Below are positions 8,947 to 18,237 of a DNA stretch of 61,058 nt, piece after piece. A model generated the notes under the pieces. It was not told the DNA's origin and did not search any database. It was given only the letters and a program-made list of their open reading frames with translations. Position numbers and translations under genes: made by a program. The DNA comes from Candidatus Anderseniibacteriota bacterium. GTDB taxonomy: Bacteria > Patescibacteriota > Andersenbacteria > UBA10190. The number at the start of each line of letters is the position of its first letter. Positions within the stretch are counted from its first letter, which is position 1. The DNA is taken from contig JBPOIM010000020.1 in the NCBI GenBank assembly GCA_052034485.1, positions 1-61,058 on the forward strand, in the 5' to 3' direction.

Positions 8947-10134
8947 ATGAGACATGTAGGAATTGGACACCTGAAAATATCAAGAAAGGGTAAAAAATAT
9001 GTCAATGAAGCCATGAAAAATAACAGGCTTTCATACGGACCTTTCACAGAGCGGTTTGAATCTACTTTTGCCTCACTACATGGATCAAAATATGCAATCG
9101 CCTCAAGCAGTGGTACTGCTGCCCTCCAAATAGCCCTCGCAGCACTCAAGGAACGCTACAAATGGCCTGACGGTTCAGAGGTCATTGTCCCAGCAACAAC
9201 ATTTATAGCTACATCAAATGTGGTTTTATATAATAACCTTGTTCCGGTTTTTGTAGATATTGAGCCAAATTATTACGAAATAGACCCTTCTCTCATTGAG
9301 AAGCATATTACGAAGAAAACAAAAGCTATCATTCCGGTACATTTATTTGGCCAGCCAGCAGACATGGGGCCAATTATGAAGATTGCGAAGAAGCATAAAC
9401 TTCGCGTCGTCGAAGATTCTTGCGAAACAATGCTTGCCTCGTATAACGGGAAATCTGTTGGATCCTTTGGGGATATTGGCTGCTTTTCTACATACGTAGC
9501 GCACCTCCTTACAACTGGAGTTGGAGGACTAAATACTACAAATGACCCAAAACTGGCAATTATATTGCGATCACTAGCAAACCATGGCAGAGATTCGATT
9601 TATCTCAATATAGATGACGATGACAATGTAGGAAAACAAAAATTTCATATGATCCTCAAAAAGCGCTTTTCTTTTGTGCGACTAGGACAAAGCGCTCGGA
9701 TAACGGAGCTTGAAAGCGCACTTGGGCTTGCGCAATTGGAGGACGAGTTTAAGGATCAAATTAAAAAAAGAAGAAGCAATGCAAAAATACTAAACAACCT
9801 GCTTGAACCGCTATCTGACATAATTCAGCTACCAAAAATTCGCCCAGGAAATCAACATTCATTTATGATGTACCCCCTAGTTCTTAAGAACGAGAGAAAG
9901 GAAAGGCTTGTTGAGTACCTTGAAGACCGTGGTGTTGAGACAAGGGATCTGCTCCCGCTCATTAATCAGCCAGTCTATAAATCACTCTTTAAATTACGTG
10001 AAAAAGACTATCCTGTGTCCCAATGGCTCATTCGGTCTGGTTTTTATATCGGGTGCCACCACGGACTCACAAAAAAAGACTTAGCCTATGTAGCCTCCCT
10101 TCTTTATTCATTCTTTGGTAGAAAGAATGTATGA
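8947..10134 (+). CDS. DegT/DnrJ/EryC1-fold PLP/PMP enzyme; Lys->His variant, so a nucleotide-sugar 3-dehydratase (ColD/E1-like) is more likely than an aminotransferase
   Basis: 395 aa. SSSGTAALQIALAAL and VIVPATTFIATSNVVLYNNLVPVFVDIEP are typical of the family. At the position of the Schiff-base lysine (consensus SF..xK....GEGG) the protein reads FSTYVAHLLTTGVGG, with His186 (codon 9502-9504) 7 residues before the GG pair. Confidence 0.6.
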   Translation: MRHVGIGHLKISRKGKKYVNEAMKNNRLSYGPFTERFESTFASLHGSKYAIASSSGTAALQIALAALKERYKWPDGSEVIVPATTFIATSNVVLYNNLVPVFVDIEPNYYEIDPSLIEKHITKKTKAIIPVHLFGQPADMGPIMKIAKKHKLRVVEDSCETMLASYNGKSVGSFGDIGCFSTYVAHLLTTGVGGLNTTNDPKLAIILRSLANHGRDSIYLNIDDDDNVGKQKFHMILKKRFSFVRLGQSARITELESALGLAQLEDEFKDQIKKRRSNAKILNNLLEPLSDIIQLPKIRPGNQHSFMMYPLVLKNERKERLVEYLEDRGVETRDLLPLINQPVYKSLFKLREKDYPVSQWLIRSGFYIGCHHGLTKKDLAYVASLLYSFFGRKNV

Positions 10135-10874
10135 AGGAGCTATCGATAGTCATTCCCACATATAACGAAAAAGACAATATAGCTATTCTTATTCGTGACA
10201 TTGAACAGGCTCTTGATGGAATCGATTTTGAAATCGTTGTTGTGGACGACAACTCACCAGATGGAACAGGCAAAATTGTACAGGAGTTATCAAGCCAAAA
10301 TCATCCCGTTAGACTTCTCACAAAAATGAAGAAAGAAGGTATTGGGGCAGCGTTACGAGAAGGATATCGTTCATGCACAACCCCAATTATCGCCTCCACC
10401 GATGCAGACTTATCCTTTAATCCTCAAGACTTAAAAAAACTCTACAACGCAATAAAGGGCGGACTAGATCTTGTTGTGGGAACGCGACACTCAAAAGGAA
10501 GTTATTACGAAACCCCGAACAGGCAAATATGGATAAAGCACATGGTAAGTCTTTTGGGCAATAGGACGTTAAAGCTACTCACGGGAATACCACTAGAAGA
10601 CTTTAGCGGTAATTTTCGGGCATTCACAAAGCAAACTTGGCAAAAAATAAACACACAAGAAAATACAAACACGCTCTTATTTGAGATGATCCTGAAGGCA
10701 TACGTTACGGGTTGCACCGTAGGGCAAATACCGGTCACATTTCATGATCGTAAATTTGGATCCTCAAAACTCAAGCTCTCACTAGAAGCTCCTAAGTTTT
10801 TTCTCAAACTGTTACGCTATCTCTTTATTTATAGAAAACAGCTTATAAAACGAAGAAGATATCGTATACTATAG
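10131..10874 (+). CDS. polyprenyl-phosphate sugar synthase, DPM1-like GT2
   Basis: 247 aa. LSIVIPTYNEKDNI, EIVVVDDNSPDGTG and STDADLSFNPQDL (DPM1-type DAD..S..P). ATGA overlap with the upstream gene. Confidence 0.8.
   Translation: MKELSIVIPTYNEKDNIAILIRDIEQALDGIDFEIVVVDDNSPDGTGKIVQELSSQNHPVRLLTKMKKEGIGAALREGYRSCTTPIIASTDADLSFNPQDLKKLYNAIKGGLDLVVGTRHSKGSYYETPNRQIWIKHMVSLLGNRTLKLLTGIPLEDFSGNFRAFTKQTWQKINTQENTNTLLFEMILKAYVTGCTVGQIPVTFHDRKFGSSKLKLSLEAPKFFLKLLRYLFIYRKQLIKRRRYRIL
10865..10870 (+). promoter_or_regulatory. -10-like hexamer TATACT at -12..-7 of ATG 10877 (internal leaderless-type promoter candidate)
   Basis: cgTATACTatagcaATG. Lies in the last codons of the upstream gene. Confidence 0.35.
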
Positions 10875-10876
10875 CA

Positions 10877-12571
10877 ATGACCATTCAGAAGAAGCTTCTT
10901 ATTCTTCTTATAGTAACAAGCTTTGCATTGACGACAATTGGAATTGTTCGCTGGAACGCAGGGGCCCCTTACGATACCGCCCATAAAGGAATAGAGACCA
11001 TAGAAGAGGTTCTACAGGGCAATATTCAGCCTTTTTATAGGCACTACAATGGGCAGCCCCCATTTATGGACTGGCTGCTTGCACCAATATTTATAGTATT
11101 TGGCATCAGCCCGTACAGCCTACATTCAGTAGGAATACTGTCTGGAGTACTAACGACTATTCTCCTTTATGTCGTTGGAAAAGAACTGTGGTCAGCGCGT
11201 GCAGGATTGTATGCAAGCCTCTTTGGCACAACGTCGCACTGGTTTCTTCTTGAAACAAGGGAGGGTACCCACAACATCCCTCTTGTTCCAATGCTCCTAT
11301 TTATATTTTGGTGCATTATAAAAATCTACAAAAGCAAAAAGACCACTCAGCGCTATATACTTGCAATTGCGGGAGGAGTAACAGCCGGCTTATTCGGATA
11401 TGTATATTCAGCTGGATGGATTTTTTCTATTTTATTTATTTTTGTATTTCCAGCCCTCCTCCTCATCTCGCTTATAACTTCAAAATTATCAAAACAACGA
11501 TGGCCCCTATTGATTCTTACTACTGCCATGTTTTTAGTGCTATTGCCGTTCATGCAGTTTGTTCTTAAGGATCCCGGATCCGTCACGCTTCATGCAGACG
11601 ATGAAATACGAACAAGAAATTCTGACTATCTCGTTCAAAGGATAATAAAAAATACTGTACCGGTTGTAGGGGCTTTTCTTTATATTCCCATTGGCCCCTT
11701 TTCAAACTGGGAAACTAATAGCCAGGCAAACATAGGCCCCTTTCATATCCCCTTCCCTGTGCCATTTGTCTCGCCAGGGGAAGGCATTCTTCTGTGTATC
11801 GCTTTTTTCTATGTATTTAAAAGCTTGTATACAAAACATCCATTATGGATGCCCCTCTTGCTTACAATTGTCCTAATCCTTGCATTTTCTCCCAATTTAT
11901 TAACAGAAGGAGCTCAGCCACACTACAGAAGGACAGCGGCCTCTATGGCGCCATTATTTTTACTGCTCGGGTACTCAGCATCAACAATTCATCAAAAAAT
12001 TTCCCTAGTATCCAATAAATATAAATGGATGTGGACAACGTTCATCGTGGCCTCAGTTTTATATGGTCCATTCTTATATTTCTTCTACATAATTCCAAGC
12101 CAATGGTTTGCGGATACGTATTTTACAAAGCACGATAAAGTGGCGCCATATCTGTTTGCCCGAGTCGCAGCAGGGCAGAGGGTAACTCTCGCTGGGAACA
12201 CCGCCCACATGAAACCATTTCAATTTTACGCACTTGCAACGCCCCAAGGTCGCCAAGCGTTTCATCTTTTAAATCTCCACACCGAGACACCATTCCCCCA
12301 AGATATTATTAATAAAACAGACGTACTTTTCTACGTATCCCCCAAATGCCAAGAGGCGTCCTTACCAGATTTTCTTCCCAGTCCAATAATTTTAGAAGAC
12401 TCATTTGGCATAAACGCATGCATATTCGATAGGCCAGGCAATCCTCAAGCGTTATTTCATAGTCAGGTACCACTACCGTCTTCAGGCAGCTTAATGAAAA
12501 AATTCCTCAGCTCCCAGAAACCCCTCAAAAAAGCCCCTTCATTCCAGGGACCGATTTTTGGGACAAATTAG
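10877..12571 (+). CDS. GT-C glycosyltransferase, ArnT/PMT_2-like
   Basis: 564 aa, polytopic. QPPFMDWLLAPIFIVFGISPYSLHSVGILSGVLTTILLYVVGKELW resembles the ArnT/PMT_2 N-terminal core. Soluble C-terminal ~150 aa. Confidence 0.65.
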   Translation: MTIQKKLLILLIVTSFALTTIGIVRWNAGAPYDTAHKGIETIEEVLQGNIQPFYRHYNGQPPFMDWLLAPIFIVFGISPYSLHSVGILSGVLTTILLYVVGKELWSARAGLYASLFGTTSHWFLLETREGTHNIPLVPMLLFIFWCIIKIYKSKKTTQRYILAIAGGVTAGLFGYVYSAGWIFSILFIFVFPALLLISLITSKLSKQRWPLLILTTAMFLVLLPFMQFVLKDPGSVTLHADDEIRTRNSDYLVQRIIKNTVPVVGAFLYIPIGPFSNWETNSQANIGPFHIPFPVPFVSPGEGILLCIAFFYVFKSLYTKHPLWMPLLLTIVLILAFSPNLLTEGAQPHYRRTAASMAPLFLLLGYSASTIHQKISLVSNKYKWMWTTFIVASVLYGPFLYFFYIIPSQWFADTYFTKHDKVAPYLFARVAAGQRVTLAGNTAHMKPFQFYALATPQGRQAFHLLNLHTETPFPQDIINKTDVLFYVSPKCQEASLPDFLPSPIILEDSFGINACIFDRPGNPQALFHSQVPLPSSGSLMKKFLSSQKPLKKAPSFQGPIFGTN

Positions 12572-12578
12572 GACTCGC

Positions 12579-13250
12579 CTAGTCTTCCGTTTTGCGAATT
12601 TCTATAACAATAATGCCGAGAATAAGCCCTATAAGCCACGGTCTCAAGAAATACACCTTGTACGGCAAGCCTATTTTTTCTCCTAATTGTACTAACGCTT
12701 TGCGTGAGTAAAATTTTTGGAAATTACGCTCCTGAGACCAAGGCCACAGCGGGCGCATGATGGGTTCGCGAGTAAGAGCGTAATGCAAACTATGCAAGGA
12801 GTAGGCATACGGAACACTCATTACCACTACACCTCCCGGCTTAGTAGCTTTAATATGCTGCTGAACAATATCAATATCACGATCAAAAAAGTGTTCTATT
12901 AAACCCGCACTCCAAACTACATCAAATTCATCCTGAAATGGCACGGAGTTTACATCATCCTTCACAAAGCGTGCGTTCGTAACACCAAGACGCTCCTGCT
13001 CACGACTGGCAATAGCTAGACCTTCCGAGGAAATATCTAATCCGACAGCCTCTTTTATATGAGGTGCGACCATCAATGTAAGTTGCGCTGTGCCACACCC
13101 TAGCTCCAAAGAGCGCCCATTCCTATCAACATGAGGCAAAATCAATCTCCCAAGCATCTTATTGTAGAAAAGTCGGAGACGCGTAATAAAGCTTCCGGCT
13201 GCTGCCGTTTGCCAAACATCGTCCCAAATTTGCTCAGTTTCAATATTCAT
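12579..13250 (-). CDS. class I SAM-dependent methyltransferase
   Basis: The ORF track extends to 13292 from a TTG; the first ATG is at 13250 (MNIETEQ...). LELGCGTAQLT, GLDIS, FDVVWSAGLIEHF and KPGGVVVMSVP. C-terminal hydrophobic tail LRPWLIGLILGIIVIEI. Confidence 0.8.
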   Translation of the reverse strand: MNIETEQIWDDVWQTAAAGSFITRLRLFYNKMLGRLILPHVDRNGRSLELGCGTAQLTLMVAPHIKEAVGLDISSEGLAIASREQERLGVTNARFVKDDVNSVPFQDEFDVVWSAGLIEHFFDRDIDIVQQHIKATKPGGVVVMSVPYAYSLHSLHYALTREPIMRPLWPWSQERNFQKFYSRKALVQLGEKIGLPYKVYFLRPWLIGLILGIIVIEIRKTED

Positions 13251-14577
13251 GAAATACTTAAAACAATATACAATGCCTACCGAAAAGAACAATACGGAGG
13301 TGCAATCCTCCGCTAAGACCCAAGAAGCCCGCGCAGTAACTCAATGTCGCGTATGCAAAAGCAGCGCGTTAAGCCCCGTTTTATCTTTAGGAAAACAATA
13401 TATTTCAGACTTTGTCGACGCAATGGAGGAAAACGCCAGCGCACCCTTAGAGCTGATCATTTGCAACGTAGCTGAAGGTGGCTGTGGATTGCTGCAGCTC
13501 AAGCACACGGCGGATCAACCAGCTCTTTACAGAAACTACTGGTACAGATCCGGAATAAACAAAACAATGAGAGACGCTCTTGCCGACATCACAGCAAAAG
13601 CTTCGCAGATAGCAAACTTAAAAGAGGGTGATTATGTTATCGATACTGGCAGCAACGACAATACTCTCTTAAAGTCATATAACAGGTCCGATATCCACCG
13701 TTTTGGATTTGAACCCGCAACAAATCTTATGCCTTATGCAGAAGATCCAAACATTACAGTCATAAACGACTTTTTCTCCGCGGAACCTTTTCTAAAGCAA
13801 TCAAACGGTAAACAAGCAAAAATTATTACAAGCATTGCAATGTTTTATGACTTGGAAGATCCAAATGCGTTTGTTGCAAATATTGCAAAATGCTTAGCAC
13901 AAGACGGCCTATGGATTATTCAAATGGCTTACCTGCCAAGCATGCTCATTGATAATATTTTTGATAATATTTGCCATGAACACTTGGAATACTACTCACT
14001 CCTCTCCCTAGAAAACCTTCTTTCTCGTCATGGATTAAAGGTTATCGACGTTGAGCTAAATGATGTAAATGGAGGAAGCTATCGAACCTATATAACACAT
14101 GAAGAAAATACCAGCATACACCCAATTACTGGAGCGGAGGATCGCGTAGAAGCACTTAGAAATCAGGAAAGGACTATGCAGCTCGATACACTATCTCCGT
14201 ACATAGATTTTGCAAAAGAAGTTGAAACAATCAAAGAAAAGGTTACTTCTTTCATCAAGAACGAGGTAGAAAACGGAAAGACCGTATATGTATATGGTGC
14301 ATCAACCAAAGGAAATACCTTATTGCAATATTTTGACCTTGATTTTCACACAATCACTGCGGCTGCAGAGCGAAATCCTGATAAATGGGGAAAGAAAACA
14401 GTTGGAACACTCATTCCTATAGTATCCGAAGAAGAAGCTCGTGCAGCAAAGCCTGACTACTTCCTCATTCTACCCTGGCACTTCTTGCCTGAATTCAAAG
14501 AGAGGGAAGCAGCATATCTCAAAAATGGCGGGAAGTTTATTGTGCCCCTTCCCCACTTTCAAATCGTAGAGGCTTAG
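13249..14577 (+). CDS. nucleotide-sugar C-methyltransferase family protein (Cys4 zinc ribbon + SAM domain + C-MT C-terminal domain)
   Basis: 442 aa. CRVC ... CNVAEGGC four-Cys N-terminus, YWYRSGINKTM, IDTGSNDNTLL (GSNDG-type SAM motif) and VYVYGASTKGNTLLQY in the C-terminal domain. Alternative ATG at 13273. Confidence 0.7.
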   Translation: MKYLKQYTMPTEKNNTEVQSSAKTQEARAVTQCRVCKSSALSPVLSLGKQYISDFVDAMEENASAPLELIICNVAEGGCGLLQLKHTADQPALYRNYWYRSGINKTMRDALADITAKASQIANLKEGDYVIDTGSNDNTLLKSYNRSDIHRFGFEPATNLMPYAEDPNITVINDFFSAEPFLKQSNGKQAKIITSIAMFYDLEDPNAFVANIAKCLAQDGLWIIQMAYLPSMLIDNIFDNICHEHLEYYSLLSLENLLSRHGLKVIDVELNDVNGGSYRTYITHEENTSIHPITGAEDRVEALRNQERTMQLDTLSPYIDFAKEVETIKEKVTSFIKNEVENGKTVYVYGASTKGNTLLQYFDLDFHTITAAAERNPDKWGKKTVGTLIPIVSEEEARAAKPDYFLILPWHFLPEFKEREAAYLKNGGKFIVPLPHFQIVEA

Positions 14578-14580
14578 CTT

Positions 14581-15297
14581 CTACGATTTTAGTTTAATTT
14601 TCCACGGTAGAAGGAAAGACTCAAAAATGCGTCTTAAGTTCATTTTTGAACTCCCCTGATGCCTTTCCGGCCAAGCAACTGGATGCTCCGATATACGAAA
14701 ACCACTTCTGTACGCCCGGTACTTAATTTCAAACAAAAATCCATACCCTTCGGTGCGGACACCCTTCATATTTAATTTCCGAAGAGCATCGGTGCGTATT
14801 GCGATAAACCCAGCAGTACAATCAGTTATTGATAGTCCCAGCACGGTACGAACATAGAAATTCGCAAACTTACTCATAATCCTACGCCATAAAGAAATAT
14901 GGGGAAACGATTGCTTTCGAGCATATCGCGAACCAACAACAACATCCGCACCATCATTAAGGAGCCGCAACATGCTAGGCAGCTCTTTCGGTTCATGCGA
15001 AAAATCCGCATCCATAGTTATAACCGCATCATACTGCTCTCCAGAGCATACAAGATTAAACCCATCCATATAAGATTGAGCGAAACCCTTGTTTTTCGTT
15101 CGAACAAGAACGTCAATGCTAGGACTGTGTTCCCGTACGCTTCGCACAACCGTAGCGGTGCCATCCGGAGAATTATCATCAAGCACAAGTACATGAAAAC
15201 GAGAATCAACACCCATAATCCTTTCGAGCGTAATGCGAATATTTGCAGCCTCGTTGTACGTAGGAATTAAAATAATAGTTCTATCTGGAGTAATCAT
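14581..15297 (-). CDS. polyprenyl-phosphate sugar synthase, DPM1-like GT2
   Basis: 238 aa. IILIPTYNEAANI, VLVLDDNSPDGT and TMDADFSHEPKEL. Confidence 0.8.
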   Translation of the reverse strand: MITPDRTIILIPTYNEAANIRITLERIMGVDSRFHVLVLDDNSPDGTATVVRSVREHSPSIDVLVRTKNKGFAQSYMDGFNLVCSGEQYDAVITMDADFSHEPKELPSMLRLLNDGADVVVGSRYARKQSFPHISLWRRIMSKFANFYVRTVLGLSITDCTAGFIAIRTDALRKLNMKGVRTEGYGFLFEIKYRAYRSGFRISEHPVAWPERHQGSSKMNLRRIFESFLLPWKIKLKS

Positions 15298-15361
15298 AGT
15301 GAGGCTATTTCTTTATAAGTATGGCAGACCTAAAAGGGAAATACCACCGATCGCCAGTATT

Positions 15362-15370
15362 TGATAGTAT
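15362..15370 (+). promoter_or_regulatory. extended -10 TGaTAGTAT at -15..-7 of ATG 15377 (leaderless-type promoter)
   Basis: ttTGATAGTATaaaataATG. No SD in the remaining 6 nt. Lies in a 79-nt divergent spacer. Confidence 0.5.
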
Positions 15371-15376
15371 AAAATA

Positions 15377-16999
15377 ATGACACACAAATCCGTAAAATAT
15401 TATCCCATTTTAGCAATTTTGCTCATTGCGCTCGTAACACGCCTCTGGGGTATTAATCATCAAATATATACAGATGAAAATAAAGTAATCACACCATCCG
15501 TATTACTAGCCCAGGGAAAACAAACTCCGATATTGTATCCAAAGGGGTCGTACTATCCCCACTTGTATCATTACGTACTTGGAGCAGCTTTCTTGCCTGC
15601 CGCGCTTGTTGGAGCCACATACCCAAGTCCAGACACCTCGGCAGATACCTATACGCTTATTGCAAGAGTAGTAACAGCCCTGTTTGGTACTGCGACAATA
15701 TACGTTGTATATAGAATCGGAAAAGAGTTACGTAGCTCAAAGCTTGGTATTTTTGCAGCACTCTTTTTAGCCTTTTTACCACTCCATGTAAAATATTCCC
15801 ACTACGCTCATGTAGATATCCCACTCGCATTCTTTACAACGCTAGCAATTTGGTCAGGAATACGCCTCATAAGAACAGGCGAATTACGTTGGTATATTCT
15901 TACGGGAATCTTAACAGGCTTAAGCGGAGCAACTCATTATACGGGACTCACAATAGGCATAGTTCTTTTACTTGCTCACGCAGTAATCATTATACGTAAT
16001 AAAGAGTATTCACTATCAAAAATATTTTCCCGAAAGATAATTCTTGGATTACTAAGCATACCCTTAGCGTTTGTAGTAACAACCCCCTACACAGTAATTA
16101 AATGGAAAGAAAGCGCGAATATCTATCACCAGCTACAGCTTCGTGGAGCAGCTGGGGACTTAGGCTACACTCGCCCAGATTTTATTTGGCCGCTAACAAC
16201 ACTGTCTCCCGACTGGGGAATTCCCTTTACAGTATCTGGCGCTTGGTGGGAATTTAGTCCGTTTATTATGGCGCTCGCAGTCATAGGTGCGTGCATAGCA
16301 ATACTAAAACGCAATTGGTACTTTGCTACAATTATCGGGATCACGGCAATCGTTATGTATATTGCCATCATCGGAAGACTACCGCTTTATGCAATTAAAC
16401 GCTTACTTCCCCTCACTCCCCTCATTTCACTCCTTGCCGCATGGGCGATCTTCCATTTCTCTGAATGGAAAAAACCAAACAATCTCGTAATTCATTCTTT
16501 ATTAGTTGCCGGGGTTTCCGCAATTGTGTTACAAAACCTTGTTTTAGCTATAGGCTTTGATGTTGCATATGCCGGAGGATCCACGCATAGCAATGCAGTA
16601 TCCTTCGCCAAAGAACACATTCCCCATGGAAGTACCATTCTCCAACATACTCCAATCAAGCTAATCGACTGGAATGACCCCAACTACACAACCGTGCGCT
16701 TGGATGAAATATACGCAAATTTTAATGCATTAGACCCCGAAGTTTCCCATGATAGAGCAAAAGATATAACGTATTGGACCCAAGAAAAGAAAGTCCAGTA
16801 CATCGCGATGGATAGCCGCATTGTTGATCGTTACTTTGATGCAACTTCCTCCCGCCTATACCCGGAAACAACCGCTTCCTATAGAGCGTTTTACGAGAAA
16901 ATAAGAAGCCAAGGGAAGCTTGTATATAAAATTGAACCAGAGCTTTGGAAAATCGCGGGGCCTCGTGTAGAAATATATGATATCCGAGACATTAAGTGA
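15377..16999 (+). CDS. GT-C glycosyltransferase, PMT/ArnT-like
   Basis: 540 aa, polytopic. TM1 then RLWGINHQIYTDENKV (DE motif). ARVVTALFGTATIYVVYRIGKEL. Soluble C-terminal ~130 aa. Confidence 0.7.
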   Translation: MTHKSVKYYPILAILLIALVTRLWGINHQIYTDENKVITPSVLLAQGKQTPILYPKGSYYPHLYHYVLGAAFLPAALVGATYPSPDTSADTYTLIARVVTALFGTATIYVVYRIGKELRSSKLGIFAALFLAFLPLHVKYSHYAHVDIPLAFFTTLAIWSGIRLIRTGELRWYILTGILTGLSGATHYTGLTIGIVLLLAHAVIIIRNKEYSLSKIFSRKIILGLLSIPLAFVVTTPYTVIKWKESANIYHQLQLRGAAGDLGYTRPDFIWPLTTLSPDWGIPFTVSGAWWEFSPFIMALAVIGACIAILKRNWYFATIIGITAIVMYIAIIGRLPLYAIKRLLPLTPLISLLAAWAIFHFSEWKKPNNLVIHSLLVAGVSAIVLQNLVLAIGFDVAYAGGSTHSNAVSFAKEHIPHGSTILQHTPIKLIDWNDPNYTTVRLDEIYANFNALDPEVSHDRAKDITYWTQEKKVQYIAMDSRIVDRYFDATSSRLYPETTASYRAFYEKIRSQGKLVYKIEPELWKIAGPRVEIYDIRDIK

Positions 17000-17045
17000 C
17001 ACTTATGGGAATGTATGAATATACTTATACAAACAGTAAAAACTC

Positions 17046-18233
17046 ATGAAATCTAAGCCAAAACGAATTCTAATCCTTGCCCCAACCCCATTCTTTGCCG
17101 ATCGGGGGTGCCATATGCACATTGCAGAGCAAGCATATGCGCTTCAGCGACAAGGATATACTGTTCGTATCGTAACGTATCATTTGGGACGGAATTTGCC
17201 TGATTTAGATATTGCTCGAAGCGTAAAGGCCCCTTGGTATAAAAAACTCGGGCCAGGACCTTCTTGGCACAAGTTTTATGTAGATCCACTATTATTCTTT
17301 ACCGCCTGGAAAAACGCCAAAGAATTCAAACCAGACGTTATTCATGCGCATCTCCACGAAGGCGCAATTCTTGGCTGGGGATTAAAGAAAATTCTCAACG
17401 TGCCACTTATTTTTGATATGCAAGGAAGCCTAACGGGTGAACTTATTGCCCATAACTTCCCTCTTATTAAACCAACCTGGCTCAAAAATTTATGGTATAA
17501 ACTTGAAGAAATTATTGACAACGCAGCAGATGCGGTGCTCGTTCAATCAACGGAAATGAAAGAAGAGTCAGAAACGCGCTTTCACGTTCCTTCATCAAAA
17601 GTCTTCATGGCGTACGATGGAGTAAGCACGCAAGTATTCACCCCAGGGGGACGGGATCCTGAACTCATGGAAAGACTATCTATTCCATCTGACAAAAAAA
17701 TTATTGCCTACTTGGGAGGCTTATCCCCTCATAAAGGAGTAGACATTCTTCTTGAGTCATTTCCCCTTGTGCTTAAAGACGTTCCCAACGCCTTCCTTCT
17801 ACTAATGGGCTACCCAAACGAAGAGCATTACAAGCAAAAAGTAAAAGAAATGGGCCTAGAAGCAAGTGTTCGGGTAACAGGAAAGGTTCTGTACGAAGAC
17901 GCTCCCCGCTATCTGCGCTTAGGAGATATCGCAGTAGCCCCTAAACGCTCCCAGACCGAAGCAAACGGTAAGATATATAACTATATGGCAACCGGACTCC
18001 CCACGATAGCATTCGATACGATTATGAACAGAGAAATACTCGGGAGTCTAGGGATTTATGTTCACGACCTCAGCAATCCCGAAGGATTAGCACATGCAAT
18101 GACAGAACTCCTTAAAGACGATCAAAAGAGAAAAGACTTAGCAAATAGCGTTCGAGACAAAGCCGTAAAAGACTACTCATGGGATGCGGTAGCGTCCCGA
18201 ATTGCCCAGGCATACGCCGCAGCAACAAAATAG
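17046..18233 (+). CDS. glycosyltransferase, GT4-like (GT-B fold)
   Basis: 395 aa. N-terminal ILILAPTPFFADRGCHMHI..., central YLGGLSPHKGVDILL, C-terminal VAPKRSQTEANGKIYNYMATGLPTIAFD. Confidence 0.75.
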   Translation: MKSKPKRILILAPTPFFADRGCHMHIAEQAYALQRQGYTVRIVTYHLGRNLPDLDIARSVKAPWYKKLGPGPSWHKFYVDPLLFFTAWKNAKEFKPDVIHAHLHEGAILGWGLKKILNVPLIFDMQGSLTGELIAHNFPLIKPTWLKNLWYKLEEIIDNAADAVLVQSTEMKEESETRFHVPSSKVFMAYDGVSTQVFTPGGRDPELMERLSIPSDKKIIAYLGGLSPHKGVDILLESFPLVLKDVPNAFLLLMGYPNEEHYKQKVKEMGLEASVRVTGKVLYEDAPRYLRLGDIAVAPKRSQTEANGKIYNYMATGLPTIAFDTIMNREILGSLGIYVHDLSNPEGLAHAMTELLKDDQKRKDLANSVRDKAVKDYSWDAVASRIAQAYAAATK

Positions 18234-18237
18234 CTAG

